From Escherichia coli (GTDB lineage: Bacteria; Pseudomonadota; Gammaproteobacteria; Enterobacterales; Enterobacteriaceae): a stretch of DNA of 64,000 nt. The position numbers and the translations under genes are program-made. The notes beneath the pieces were generated by a model that had not been told where the DNA came from, did not search any database, and saw only the letters and a program-made list of their open reading frames with translations. The first letter of the stretch is position 1, and every line of letters begins with the position of its first letter. The stretch is taken from the NCBI RefSeq assembly GCF_003334335.1, contig NZ_QOWQ01000019.1, one strand, 5' to 3'. Shown piece by piece: positions 10,281 through 21,079 of the stretch.

Positions 10281-12326
10281 ATGCAGCAGTTAGCCAGTTT
10301 CTTATCCGGTACCTGGCAGTCTGGCCGGGGCCGTAGCCGTTTGATTCACCACGCTATTAGCGGCGAGGCGTTATGGGAAGTGACCAGTGAAGGTCTTGAT
10401 ATGGCGGCTGCCCGCCAGTTTGCCATTGAAAAAGGTGCCCCCGCCCTTCGCGCTATGACCTTTATCGAACGTGCGGCGATGCTTAAAGCGGTCGCTAAAC
10501 ATCTGCTGAGTGAAAAAGAGCGTTTCTATGCTCTTTCTGCGCAAACAGGCGCAACGCGGGCAGACAGTTGGGTTGATATTGAAGGTGGCATTGGGACGTT
10601 ATTTACTTACGCCAGCCTCGGTAGCCGGGAGCTGCCTGACGATACGCTGTGGCCGGAAGATGAATTGATCCCCTTATCGAAAGAAGGTGGATTTGCCGCG
10701 CGCCATTTACTGACCTCAAAGTCAGGCGTGGCAGTGCATATTAACGCCTTTAACTTCCCCTGCTGGGGAATGCTGGAAAAGCTGGCACCAACGTGGCTGG
10801 GCGGAATGCCAGCCATCATCAAACCAGCTACCGCGACGGCCCAACTGACTCAGGCGATGGTGAAATCAATTGTCGATAGTGGTCTTGTTCCCGAAGGCGC
10901 AATTAGTCTGATCTGCGGTAGTGCTGGCGACTTGTTGGATCATCTGGACAGCCAGGATGTGGTGACTTTCACGGGGTCAGCGGCGACCGGACAGATGCTG
11001 CGAGTTCAGCCAAATATCGTCGCCAAATCTATCCCCTTCACTATGGAAGCTGATTCCCTGAACTGCTGCGTACTGGGCGAAGATGTCACCCCGGATCAAC
11101 CGGAGTTTGCGCTGTTTATTCGTGAAGTTGTGCGTGAGATGACCACAAAAGCCGGGCAAAAATGTACGGCAATCCGGCGGATTATTGTGCCGCAGGCATT
11201 GGTTAATGCTGTCAGTGATGCTCTGGTTGCGCGATTACAGAAAGTCGTGGTCGGTGATCCTGCTCAGGAAGGCGTGAAAATGGGCGCACTGGTAAATGCT
11301 GAGCAGCGTGCCGATGTGCAGGAAAAAGTGAACATATTGCTGGCTGCAGGATGCGAGATTCGCCTCGGTGGTCAGGCGGATTTATCTGCTGCGGGTGCCT
11401 TCTTCCCGCCAACCTTATTGTACTGTCCGCAGCCGGATGAAACACCGGCGGTACATGCAACAGAAGCCTTTGGCCCTGTCGCAACGCTGATGCCAGCACA
11501 AAACCAGCGACATGCTCTGCAACTGGCTTGTGCAGGCGGCGGTAGCCTTGCGGGAACGCTGGTGACGGCTGATCCGCAAATTGCGCGTCAGTTTATTGCC
11601 GACGCGGCACGTACGCATGGGCGAATTCAGATCCTCAATGAAGAGTCGGCAAAAGAATCCACCGGGCATGGCTCCCCACTGCCACAACTGGTACATGGTG
11701 GGCCTGGTCGCGCAGGAGGCGGTGAAGAATTAGGCGGTTTACGAGCGGTGAAACATTACATGCAGCGAACCGCTGTTCAGGGTAGTCCGACGATGCTTGC
11801 CGCTATCAGTAAACAGTGGGTGCGCGGTGCGAAAGTCGAAGAAGATCGTATTCATCCGTTCCGCAAATATTTTGAGGAGCTACAACCAGGCGACAGCCTG
11901 TTGACTCCCCGCCGCACAATGACAGAGGCCGATATTGTTAACTTTGCTTGCCTCAGCGGCGATCATTTCTATGCACATATGGATAAGATTGCTGCTGCCG
12001 AATCTATTTTCGGTGAGCGGGTGGTGCATGGGTATTTTGTGCTTTCTGCGGCTGCGGGTCTGTTTGTCGATGCCGGTGTCGGTCCGGTCATTGCTAACTA
12101 CGGGCTGGAAAGCTTGCGTTTTATCGACCCCGTAAAGCCAGGCGATACCATCCAGGTGCGTCTCACCTGTAAGCGCAAGACGCTGAAAAAACAGCGTAGC
12201 GCAGAAGAAAAACCAACAGGTGTGGTGGAATGGGCTGTAGAGGTATTCAATCAGCATCAAACCCCGGTGGCGCTGTATTCAATTCTGACGCTGGTGGCCA
12301 GGCAGCACGGTGATTTTGTCGATTAA
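10281..12326 (+). CDS. paaZ: PaaZ, bifunctional oxepin-CoA hydrolase / 3-oxo-5,6-dehydrosuberyl-CoA semialdehyde dehydrogenase
   Basis: The 681-aa ORF has an aldehyde-dehydrogenase N-terminal domain and a MaoC-like hotdog C-terminal domain and matches PaaZ. Confidence 0.9.
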   Translation: MQQLASFLSGTWQSGRGRSRLIHHAISGEALWEVTSEGLDMAAARQFAIEKGAPALRAMTFIERAAMLKAVAKHLLSEKERFYALSAQTGATRADSWVDIEGGIGTLFTYASLGSRELPDDTLWPEDELIPLSKEGGFAARHLLTSKSGVAVHINAFNFPCWGMLEKLAPTWLGGMPAIIKPATATAQLTQAMVKSIVDSGLVPEGAISLICGSAGDLLDHLDSQDVVTFTGSAATGQMLRVQPNIVAKSIPFTMEADSLNCCVLGEDVTPDQPEFALFIREVVREMTTKAGQKCTAIRRIIVPQALVNAVSDALVARLQKVVVGDPAQEGVKMGALVNAEQRADVQEKVNILLAAGCEIRLGGQADLSAAGAFFPPTLLYCPQPDETPAVHATEAFGPVATLMPAQNQRHALQLACAGGGSLAGTLVTADPQIARQFIADAARTHGRIQILNEESAKESTGHGSPLPQLVHGGPGRAGGGEELGGLRAVKHYMQRTAVQGSPTMLAAISKQWVRGAKVEEDRIHPFRKYFEELQPGDSLLTPRRTMTEADIVNFACLSGDHFYAHMDKIAAAESIFGERVVHGYFVLSAAAGLFVDAGVGPVIANYGLESLRFIDPVKPGDTIQVRLTCKRKTLKKQRSAEEKPTGVVEWAVEVFNQHQTPVALYSILTLVARQHGDFVD

Positions 12327-12338
12327 TCGGTGAATGAA

Positions 12339-12365
12339 GGGCAACGGCGAATAGTTGCCCTTTTA
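12339..12365 (+). terminator. Intrinsic terminator after paaZ
   Basis: Hairpin gggcaac...gttgccc (12339-12360) followed by tttt. Confidence 0.6.
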
Positions 12366-12573
12366 TTTCACTAAGTTTTGTGACGTTGTCACATTATGCA
12401 TGATGTGTACATCTATTTTCAGGGCATCCACTGTATGAAAAGCTGGCACACCTGCCAAACAACCTGGCAGGTGCAGGCAATCCCCTTTGCATCAGTACTG
12501 ATAATGTGAACCTGACTAAACCGCCCACAGAGCGCGGTTGCTAACAAGAACACAACATCTGACGAGGTTAATA

Positions 12574-14847
12574 ATGGGAAGCCCCTCTCTGTATTCTGCC
12601 CGTAAAACAACCCTGGCGTTGGCAGTCGCCTTAAGTTTCGCCTGGCAAGCGCCGGTATTTGCCCACGGTGGTGAAGCGCATATGGTGCCAATGGATAAAA
12701 CGCTTAAAGAATTTGGTGCCGATGTGCAGTGGGACGACTACGCCCAGCTCTTTACCCTGATTAAAGATGGCGCGTACGTGAAAGTGAAGCCTGGTGCGCA
12801 AACAGCAATTGTTAATGGTCAGCCTCTGGCACTGCAAGTACCGGTAGTGATGAAAGACAATAAAGCCTGGGTTTCTGACACCTTTATTAACGATGTTTTC
12901 CAGTCCGGGCTGGATCAAACCTTTCAGGTAGAAAAGCGCCCTCACCCACTTAATGCGCTAACTGCGGACGAAATTAAACAGGCCGTTGAAATTGTTAAAG
13001 CTTCCGCGGACTTCAAACCCAATACCCGTTTTACTGAGATCTCCCTGCTACCGCCAGATAAAGAAGCTGTCTGGGCGTTTGCGCTGGAAAACAAACCGGT
13101 TGACCAGCCGCGCAAAGCCGACGTCATTATGCTCGACGGCAAACATATCATCGAAGCGGTGGTGGATCTGCAAAACAACAAACTGCTCTCCTGGCAACCC
13201 ATTAAAGACGCCCACGGTATGGTGTTGCTGGATGATTTCGCCAGTGTGCAGAACATTATTAACAACAGTGAAGAATTTGCCGCTGCCGTGAAGAAACGCG
13301 GTATTACTGATGCGAAAAAAGTGATTACCACGCCGCTGACCGTAGGTTATTTCGATGGTAAAGATGGCCTGAAACAAGATGCCCGGTTGCTCAAAGTCAT
13401 CAGCTATCTTGATGTCGGTGATGGCAACTACTGGGCACATCCCATCGAAAACCTGGTGGCGGTCGTTGATTTAGAACAGAAAAAAATCGTTAAGATTGAA
13501 GAAGGTCCGGTAGTTCCGGTGCCAATGACCGCACGCCCATTTGATGGCCGTGACCGCGTTGCTCCGGCAGTTAAGCCTATGCAAATCATTGAACCTGAAG
13601 GTAAAAATTACACCATTACTGGCGATATGATTCACTGGCGGAACTGGGATTTTCACCTCAGCATGAACTCTCGCGTCGGGCCGATGATCTCCACCGTGAC
13701 TTATAACGACAATGGCACCAAACGCAAAGTCATGTACGAAGGTTCTCTCGGCGGCATGATTGTGCCTTACGGTGATCCTGATATTGGCTGGTACTTTAAA
13801 GCGTATCTGGACTCTGGTGACTACGGTATGGGCACGCTAACCTCACCAATTGCTCGTGGTAAAGATGCCCCGTCTAACGCAGTGCTCCTTAATGAAACCA
13901 TCGCCGACTACACTGGCGTGCCGATGGAGATCCCTCGCGCTATCGCGGTATTTGAACGTTATGCCGGGCCGGAGTATAAGCATCAGGAAATGGGCCAGCC
14001 CAACGTCAGTACCGAACGCCGGGAGTTAGTGGTGCGCTGGATCAGTACAGTGGGTAACTATGACTACATTTTTGACTGGATCTTCCATGAAAACGGCACT
14101 ATTGGCATCGATGCCGGTGCTACGGGCATCGAAGCGGTGAAAGGTGTTAAAGCGAAAACCATGCACGATGAGACGGCGAAAGATGACACGCGCTACGGCA
14201 CGCTTATCGATCACAATATCGTGGGTACTACACACCAACATATTTATAATTTCCGCCTCGATCTGGATGTAGATGGCGAGAATAACAGCCTGGTGGCGAT
14301 GGACCCAGTGGTAAAACCGAATACTGCCGGTGGCCCACGCACCAGTACCATGCAAGTTAATCAGTACAACATCGGCAATGAACAGGATGCCGCACAGAAA
14401 TTTGATCCGGGCACGATTCGTCTGTTGAGTAACCCGAACAAAGAGAACCGCATGGGCAATCCGGTTTCCTATCAAATTATTCCTTATGCAGGTGGTACTC
14501 ACCCGGTAGCAAAAGGTGCCCAGTTCGCGCCGGACGAGTGGATCTATCATCGTTTAAGCTTTATGGACAAGCAGCTCTGGGTAACGCGTTATCATCCTGG
14601 CGAGCGTTTCCCGGAAGGCAAATATCCGAACCGTTCTACTCATGACACCGGTCTTGGACAATACAGTAAGGATAACGAGTCGCTGGACAACACCGACGCC
14701 GTTGTCTGGATGACCACCGGCACCACACATGTGGCCCGCGCCGAAGAGTGGCCGATTATGCCGACCGAATGGGTACATACTCTGCTGAAACCATGGAACT
14801 TCTTTGACGAAACGCCAACGCTAGGGGCGCTGAAGAAAGATAAGTGA
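12574..14847 (+). CDS. tynA: TynA, periplasmic copper/topaquinone primary amine oxidase
   Basis: The ORF matches TynA, with signal peptide MGSPSLYSARKTTLALAVALSFAWQAPVFA. I placed the start at the internal Met that gives 757 aa; the longest ORF begins at 12538. Confidence 0.9.
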   Translation: MGSPSLYSARKTTLALAVALSFAWQAPVFAHGGEAHMVPMDKTLKEFGADVQWDDYAQLFTLIKDGAYVKVKPGAQTAIVNGQPLALQVPVVMKDNKAWVSDTFINDVFQSGLDQTFQVEKRPHPLNALTADEIKQAVEIVKASADFKPNTRFTEISLLPPDKEAVWAFALENKPVDQPRKADVIMLDGKHIIEAVVDLQNNKLLSWQPIKDAHGMVLLDDFASVQNIINNSEEFAAAVKKRGITDAKKVITTPLTVGYFDGKDGLKQDARLLKVISYLDVGDGNYWAHPIENLVAVVDLEQKKIVKIEEGPVVPVPMTARPFDGRDRVAPAVKPMQIIEPEGKNYTITGDMIHWRNWDFHLSMNSRVGPMISTVTYNDNGTKRKVMYEGSLGGMIVPYGDPDIGWYFKAYLDSGDYGMGTLTSPIARGKDAPSNAVLLNETIADYTGVPMEIPRAIAVFERYAGPEYKHQEMGQPNVSTERRELVVRWISTVGNYDYIFDWIFHENGTIGIDAGATGIEAVKGVKAKTMHDETAKDDTRYGTLIDHNIVGTTHQHIYNFRLDLDVDGENNSLVAMDPVVKPNTAGGPRTSTMQVNQYNIGNEQDAAQKFDPGTIRLLSNPNKENRMGNPVSYQIIPYAGGTHPVAKGAQFAPDEWIYHRLSFMDKQLWVTRYHPGERFPEGKYPNRSTHDTGLGQYSKDNESLDNTDAVVWMTTGTTHVARAEEWPIMPTEWVHTLLKPWNFFDETPTLGALKKDK

Positions 14848-14858
14848 TTGTTTCAGAC

Positions 14859-14887
14859 AAAAAAACGGCACCAGGTGCCGTTTTTTA
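14859..14887. terminator. Bidirectional intrinsic terminator between convergent tynA and feaB
   Basis: aaaaaaa-cggcacc-aggtgccg-tttttt: a hairpin flanked by an A-run and a T-run. Confidence 0.7.
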
Positions 14888-14904
14888 CTTATGAGCGAAC
14901 CAGA

Positions 14905-16404
14905 TTAATACCGTACACACACCGACTTAGTTTCACACCAACCGTCCAGCCAGTCGGGGCCAAAATCACGGCCCGTTCCTGACTGCTTCATCCCACCAAA
15001 CGGTAAGTTAGCGTCAATTAAGGTATGGCTGTTTACCCACACCGTCCCTGCCTGTAAGCGATCGCTATATTCCAGAGCCTGGGAGAGATTTTGCGTCCAG
15101 ACACTGGCAGTTAAGCCATATTCCGTGTCGTTTGCCAGTTGTAACGCCTCTTCTCCATCCGCTACTCGCACCAGGTTTACCACCGGACCAAACACCTCTT
15201 CACGAGTTAAGCGCAATTTAGCATCGGGATTTACCACCAGCGTTGGCGCAACATAATACCCCTCTCCGGCTGGTCCATTCGACCCGCGAATCAGCTCTGC
15301 TTGCTGTGCCTGCGCATCGTCGAGGAATGAACACACTTTGTCGCAGTGCGCACGAGAAACCAAAGGGTTAATCTGTGCAACAGGTGACATCCCCGGTCCC
15401 ACTTGCAACGATTTTACCGCCTGCTCAAATCCACTAACCAGCGTGTCAAACAACGGCGCTTCAATATAAATTCGCGAACTGGCGGCGCATACTTGCCCTT
15501 GATTCAGGAAGCTTCCGGTCATCAAGCCTTCAATAACCCATTGCGGATCAGCATCTTTTAATACAATTGCCGGGTTTTTACCGCCCAGTTCCAGCGTTAC
15601 ACGCGTTAAGTGATCAGCAGCAGTTCTGGCAATACCTTTTCCCGTCGCGGTTGAACCGGTAAAACTGATTTTCGCAACATGAGGATGTGACGTCAGGGCC
15701 GCGCCGCATACAGCACCTGACCCGGTGACGACATTAAAAACGCCATCAGGGATACCAGCCTCGCTGGCCAGTTCCGCCACGCGCAACATCGTCAGTGGCG
15801 TGGTTTCCGAAGGCTTAATCACGATTGAACAGCCTGCTGCCAGTGCTGGCATCACCTTCCACATACCAATCATCAACGGAAAGTTCCATGGCACAATTCC
15901 CGCCACTACGCCAACCGGCTCTTTACGCGTCCAGGCCTGATAACGCGCCCCCTGGGGTAAGGGAATCGACAAGTCCAGCGTTTTACCCGCGATTTTGGTC
16001 GTTAACCCGGCGGTATAACGCATCCAGTTCAGCGTACAGCCCACTTCAAAAGCACGGGAAATGGCAATTGACTTGCCTTGCTCCAGGGTTTCCAGTTGCG
16101 CCAGCTCCTCACTGTGCTGCTCCACCAGATCAGCAAAACGTAGCAGAATACGTTCACGCTCTGCGGGTAATCGCCCGGCCCAGCGACGCGAGACAAAGGC
16201 CCGCCAGGCAGACATGACTGCGTTATCTACATCCGCTTCGTTGGCATCAGCAGTAGACGCAATTTCTTGCCCGGTGGCCGGATCAAAGATCGCCAACCGT
16301 TTTTCACTTTGTGCGGGGCCAGGACGACCATCAATATAAAGACCGTGTTGACGATCGAGAAACTGTTGGACCTGGCTTAATACTGCTACATGCGGCTCTG
16401 TCAT
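14905..16404 (-). CDS. feaB: FeaB, phenylacetaldehyde dehydrogenase
   Basis: The 499-aa aldehyde-dehydrogenase-family ORF ([26 protein letters not shown]...) matches FeaB and sits next to feaR and tynA. Confidence 0.9.
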
Positions 16405-16407
16405 CAC

Positions 16408-16639
16408 TTTTCCTTATTATTTACCCAGTGTGATTTCAGTGTACGCAGCGACAAGAAAAGTCACTTTTTTCGCTGTGACATTCGCTTTGTCAGCTGTGAC
16501 AAGCTCCGCAAATCGTGACAATAACCGCTTATGTCTCTATGCCTGACAAGACTTATTTCCTATAGTCAGGCTCATTAGCTTCGTTTATTGCAACACAAAT
16601 GCAACAATAAAAATACATTTCACAGAGCGAAAACGTGCC
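16408..16639. promoter_or_regulatory. Divergent feaB / feaR promoter region
   Basis: Intergenic region between divergent genes; FeaR is the AraC-type activator of tynA and feaB. Confidence 0.5.
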
Positions 16640-17545
16640 ATGAACCCCGCAGTGGATAATGAGTTTCAGCAATGGCTTTCCCAAATCAATCAGGTATGCG
16701 GAAATTTTACCGGACGCCTGCTGACTGAGCGTTACACGGGTGTACTGGACACGCATTTTGCCAAAGGACTAAAGCTGAGTACCGTGACAACCAGCGGGGT
16801 GAATTTATCCCGCACCTGGCAGGAAGTAAAAGGCAGCGACGATGCCTGGTTTTACACCGTTTTTCAGCTTAGTGGTCAGGCAATAATGGAGCAGGATGAG
16901 CGTCAGGTGCAGATTGGCGCTGGCGATATTACGTTACTCGATGCCTCACGCCCCTGTTCGCTTTACTGGCAGGAGTCTTCTAAACAGATTTCATTACTTT
17001 TGCCACGCACTCTGCTGGAACAATATTTTCCCCATCAAAAACCTGTCTGCGCAGAAAGACTGGACGCTGACTTACCCATGGTGCAACTCAGTCATCGCCT
17101 GTTACAGGAGAGCATGAATAATCCGGCACTTTCTGAAACAGAAAGTGAAGCTGCGCTACAGGCGATGGTGTGTCTGCTGCGCCCGGTACTTCATCAGCGG
17201 GAATCTGTTCAACCTCGTCGTGAACGTCAGTTTCAAAAAGTGGTTACGTTGATAGACGATAATATTCGCGAAGAGATATTACGCCCGGAGTGGATAGCCG
17301 GAGAGACAGGTATGTCAGTACGTAGTTTGTACCGAATGTTTGCCGATAAAGGTTTGGTAGTCGCGCAATATATTCGTAACCGTCGTCTCGATTTTTGTGC
17401 AGATGCGATTCGCCATGCCGCAGATGATGAAAAACTGGCAGGCATCGGCTTTCATTGGGGATTTTCTGACCAGAGTCATTTTTCAACGGTATTTAAGCAA
17501 CGCTTTGGGATGACGCCAGGCGAGTATCGACGTAAATTCCGCTAA
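16640..17545 (+). CDS. feaR: FeaR, AraC-family transcriptional activator of tynA/feaB
   Basis: The 301-aa ORF has a C-terminal AraC helix-turn-helix signature (GFSDQSHFSTVFKQRFGMTPGEYRR). Confidence 0.9.
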   Translation: MNPAVDNEFQQWLSQINQVCGNFTGRLLTERYTGVLDTHFAKGLKLSTVTTSGVNLSRTWQEVKGSDDAWFYTVFQLSGQAIMEQDERQVQIGAGDITLLDASRPCSLYWQESSKQISLLLPRTLLEQYFPHQKPVCAERLDADLPMVQLSHRLLQESMNNPALSETESEAALQAMVCLLRPVLHQRESVQPRRERQFQKVVTLIDDNIREEILRPEWIAGETGMSVRSLYRMFADKGLVVAQYIRNRRLDFCADAIRHAADDEKLAGIGFHWGFSDQSHFSTVFKQRFGMTPGEYRRKFR

Positions 17546-17582
17546 CTAATTGGCGTTGCATGTACTGCAACGCCAATTAGTT
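17544..17582. terminator. Perfect 17-bp-stem palindrome between convergent feaR and ydbL; putative bidirectional terminator
   Basis: aactaattggcgttgca-tgtac-tgcaacgccaattagtt, immediately after the feaR stop at 17543-17545. Confidence 0.5.
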
Positions 17583-17716
17583 AAAACAGATATTTGACTA
17601 TGCATTTTTCAGGGCAAAAGGCAATTTGACAGGAGTTTTTGAATATTCACCTTGTTTCAGGAAAATAGATCAATCGCCTTCTCCTGTAGCGTTATCCCGA
17701 TATTGCGGTTTTGCTA

Positions 17717-18043
17717 TTAAAATTTTCGCACCCATTTACCGTTTATCCCTTGTACATATTCCCCCGGTTTGGCCCGAGCTACGAGCTTTTGCCCGGCGAG
17801 TTTCGCGATATCATCTACCGACACATTATTTTGCTTTGCCAGTTGTTGGTAACTCGCTTTACGTTCGGCATTAATGTCGGCTACTAATTTCTCTGTTTCA
17901 GCATCCGTTTTCAGCGCAACCAGATAACCGTAAAATGTTTCACCTACCCGCCCCTGAGTTCTGGCTTCATCCAGAGTCAATGCCATTACATTGCTGCTTA
18001 CCAGCCCAACAAGAAACGCACAAAGAAGTAATGTTTTCTTCAT
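17717..18043 (-). CDS. ydbL: YdbL, small periplasmic protein (DUF1318)
   Basis: ORF with signal peptide MKKTLLLCAFLVGLVSSNVMA; I placed the start at the internal Met that gives 108 aa. Confidence 0.75.
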   Translation of the reverse strand: MKKTLLLCAFLVGLVSSNVMALTLDEARTQGRVGETFYGYLVALKTDAETEKLVADINAERKASYQQLAKQNNVSVDDIAKLAGQKLVARAKPGEYVQGINGKWVRKF

Positions 18044-18050
18044 CATCACC

Positions 18051-18236
18051 TCAGAAAAGATCGCTACGAGTTTCAAGCAGCTCTTCGACATCTTTGTCTG
18101 CCTTGATGATGATCTCATGCTCAATTTTAACGTTCATATTGATAGTGATCGGTTCCTTAGGTGCAGCGACTTCAATGCGAGGCGTACAGCCAACCAGCAT
18201 AAAAGATGACGTCAACGCAGCCAGTAAAATTTTCAT
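18051..18236 (-). CDS. ynbE: YnbE, small lipoprotein
   Basis: 61-aa ORF with a lipobox (MKILLAALTSSFMLVGC); its start overlaps the ydbH stop. Confidence 0.8.
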   Translation of the reverse strand: MKILLAALTSSFMLVGCTPRIEVAAPKEPITINMNVKIEHEIIIKADKDVEELLETRSDLF

Positions 18237-20872
18237 TGTTTTTCCTCACACTCTTTTCCTTGCGGACAGTCATTTCCCGGCAGACGTGCGTTCTGCTCCA
18301 GCCATGCCTGGAGATTATCGCCAAAGCGTAAACTGCGCCACAGCGTAAAAATATTCTCTTCATGATGGTAATTAAGGTTTACCGTACCGCTTTTACCATC
18401 AACGCGACTGGTACCTGTAATGTTGGCCTGCATGGTTAATAAACCGAGATTATCTAAATTAATTTTTGTCGATGAACGGCTAATTTCCATATAGCGCAAC
18501 CAGTTAATTGCTGAACCTGCAGTCATATTGTCTTTTACAACCGCATCCGCAGTGTCTTTATCCAGTCGCAATGTCATCGGCCCGCTATTCGCCAGCCAGC
18601 CATCTTTCACAATCCATTTTTCATTGTTCAGCCATAACGGCAGTGCACCACTAAATGCCCCGGACATGGCGAATTGTTTCGGATTGACGGCGCTAACCAG
18701 TTCGCTGGATGAGAGATTATTCAGCCGCAACAGCGCCGGGTCATGTTGCGGCATACGTAATTGTTTCATCAGTACGTTACCGCCTAACACATCGACGCTA
18801 ACATCAGTCAACAGCAAGGGTTCTTCTTCAGTCCACGGATAACGCCCTTGCAAATCAGCCGTAATATTTTTCGCTGTCACCAGATTAATCACTTCGGCAA
18901 TTCGCAACGTAACGGGGCCGCGAGTCCCCAGATGCCAGGCTCCATCGGCAAAACGGAAAGGCAGGACAAAATCGACACCGTTAACCTGATTATCTGGCAT
19001 CCAGGCACTACCGCCTTTCAACACGCCGTGTCCTCCCGCGCGGAATCCTTGTTCAGGCGCAGCAGAAAATGCAACCTGAGCATACAGTTCACCATCGCGT
19101 AAGTTCATCTTCCAGTCGGGTGGCACCAGCGGCTGGAATACGGTCAGTGATTGTTTAGGCCACCAGGCGTTACCGCGCAGACGAATACCGTCCCAGCGAC
19201 CATTTACCCGAACCGGGCCAATCTCACCAGCATGTAAATCGCCTTTAAAGAGGAAATAGGTAGGATCGCGCCCATCGACGCTAAATTTTAAGGTTGATGG
19301 CGGTAACACACTGCCGCCAGTGAACAGCGTTTGCCCGGCGTCCAGTGACAGCGCGCCGCTAAAGGAGGGATGCTGTGCGTCACGTACCCAGACGATGGGC
19401 TTGTCGAGAATTAATCGCGGCTTTTCTACCGTCATCGTACCGTATTGTAACTGGTCGAAACCGGTGGAGAGATCGGTCAGCGTAATCGTGCTGTCATGCC
19501 ACTCACCTTTTCCTGCGACATCCCAGGTGGCATTCATCGGTGTAAAACTCCCTTTTCCCCAGTAGCGCCACTGCCAGCGGCCAGCGTCAGGGAGAAAATC
19601 ATTCGCCAGCCCATCCATATGCAGCACGAAATCGCCCAGTTCATTTTCATGCGCCTGCAAGATGGCCTGCAAACGTCCGTCAACACCACGTTGGGTGACT
19701 TTTACACCCGCTAAAGGCCAGCGGATTTCATCGATGTCCAGCGAATCGATGACTCTTCCCTTTGAACGAAGTAACGCGCCTGGCTCAAAGGTCAGCGTTG
19801 GGTCAGACAGACTTCCACTTAGCTGCGCAGGTAAACGGGCATATAAAATGAGGTCCGCCTGTTTCGCTTCACCGGTCAGCTGCAGAGGCAGCTGACTGTT
19901 ATCCATGCTTAATTTTCCTGGGCCAAAATTAAGCACCGCGTTGCCCTTACCCGCTTGCCCCTGGGTCAGCACACTCAGTCGTCCGCTGACCAGAGCGTTC
20001 TCAAGCCCTGCCTGCCAGTTGTCGACTTTGACACCCAGTCGGCCACTCAAAGGAAAACCTGCATACGGCCAGCTCCAGCGACCATCGCTTACGGTCAATT
20101 GTTGACGAGTAATTTGCCACGGCAAATCGAGCAACGGATCGCCGTTATCCCGTGCCAGCACGATCAATTGCCCGCTATTTTCCTGCCAGTCCAGCTCGGC
20201 ATCCACCAGTGACGGTTCCTGCGGCAAGTTTAACGTCGCAGTAGCATGCCCACTTACAGGAAGTCCATCCGGCACGAGCGGCATAGCAAATTCCCCCACC
20301 AGTTTTACCGGCGGCTGATTTTCAAACGCGACGACATCCAGTTCGCTGACTGTAAGTTGTTGCCCTTTCAGCTGGCCTTGAAATTTAACTTTTTCGCCCT
20401 GATAACGCAGTTGCTGGATATCAGAGGTTAATGCGAGAGAGAGTTTTCCCTGCCATTCCTGCCAGGGAGAAAAAATCAGTTTATCGATATTGATCCAGGT
20501 GTTAGGCAGCATGGCCTGCCACTGCGCGAGTGTTTTTGGAGCGGCTGGCGATTGCTCCGTCTGCGGCAATTTCGCCAGACAAGCAGAATCAAGTTCTACC
20601 GTGCCGACGTTCAATAACCAGCGGCTGGGATGTGAAAGGCTGGCGTTGGTGATATGCGCAAGCTGACAATCTCCCACCAGATAACGGAGATCGGGAATGA
20701 TTAAACCTTTACGCGTAATGCGTGGGCTTTCATCTAATGCAATACGTGTCCCGAGCGGTAGCCAGATGCCCGCCAGCGTGGGAACCCACAGCCCGAGCGT
20801 CATCAGCAGCGTCAACGGCACAAGAATAATCAGTAATAACAGCGCGAGAACGGCTTTATATTTACCCAGCAT
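18233..20872 (-). CDS. ydbH: YdbH, AsmA-family large envelope protein
   Basis: 879-aa ORF with an N-terminal transmembrane anchor (MLGKYKAVLALLLLIILVPLTLLMTLGLWV) in conserved position upstream of ynbE and ydbL. Confidence 0.85.
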   Translation of the reverse strand: MLGKYKAVLALLLLIILVPLTLLMTLGLWVPTLAGIWLPLGTRIALDESPRITRKGLIIPDLRYLVGDCQLAHITNASLSHPSRWLLNVGTVELDSACLAKLPQTEQSPAAPKTLAQWQAMLPNTWINIDKLIFSPWQEWQGKLSLALTSDIQQLRYQGEKVKFQGQLKGQQLTVSELDVVAFENQPPVKLVGEFAMPLVPDGLPVSGHATATLNLPQEPSLVDAELDWQENSGQLIVLARDNGDPLLDLPWQITRQQLTVSDGRWSWPYAGFPLSGRLGVKVDNWQAGLENALVSGRLSVLTQGQAGKGNAVLNFGPGKLSMDNSQLPLQLTGEAKQADLILYARLPAQLSGSLSDPTLTFEPGALLRSKGRVIDSLDIDEIRWPLAGVKVTQRGVDGRLQAILQAHENELGDFVLHMDGLANDFLPDAGRWQWRYWGKGSFTPMNATWDVAGKGEWHDSTITLTDLSTGFDQLQYGTMTVEKPRLILDKPIVWVRDAQHPSFSGALSLDAGQTLFTGGSVLPPSTLKFSVDGRDPTYFLFKGDLHAGEIGPVRVNGRWDGIRLRGNAWWPKQSLTVFQPLVPPDWKMNLRDGELYAQVAFSAAPEQGFRAGGHGVLKGGSAWMPDNQVNGVDFVLPFRFADGAWHLGTRGPVTLRIAEVINLVTAKNITADLQGRYPWTEEEPLLLTDVSVDVLGGNVLMKQLRMPQHDPALLRLNNLSSSELVSAVNPKQFAMSGAFSGALPLWLNNEKWIVKDGWLANSGPMTLRLDKDTADAVVKDNMTAGSAINWLRYMEISRSSTKINLDNLGLLTMQANITGTSRVDGKSGTVNLNYHHEENIFTLWRSLRFGDNLQAWLEQNARLPGNDCPQGKECEEKQ

Positions 20873-21079
20873 GGGTAGTTAATATCCTGATTTAGCGAAA
20901 AATTAAGCATTCAATACGGGTATTGTGGCATGTTTAACCGTTCAGTTGAAGGTTGCGCCTACACTAAGCATAGTTGTTGATGAATTTTTCAATATCGCCA
21001 TAGCTTTCAATTAAATTTGAAATTTTGTAAAATATTTTTAGTAGCTTAAATGTGATTCAACATCACTGGAGAAAGTCTT

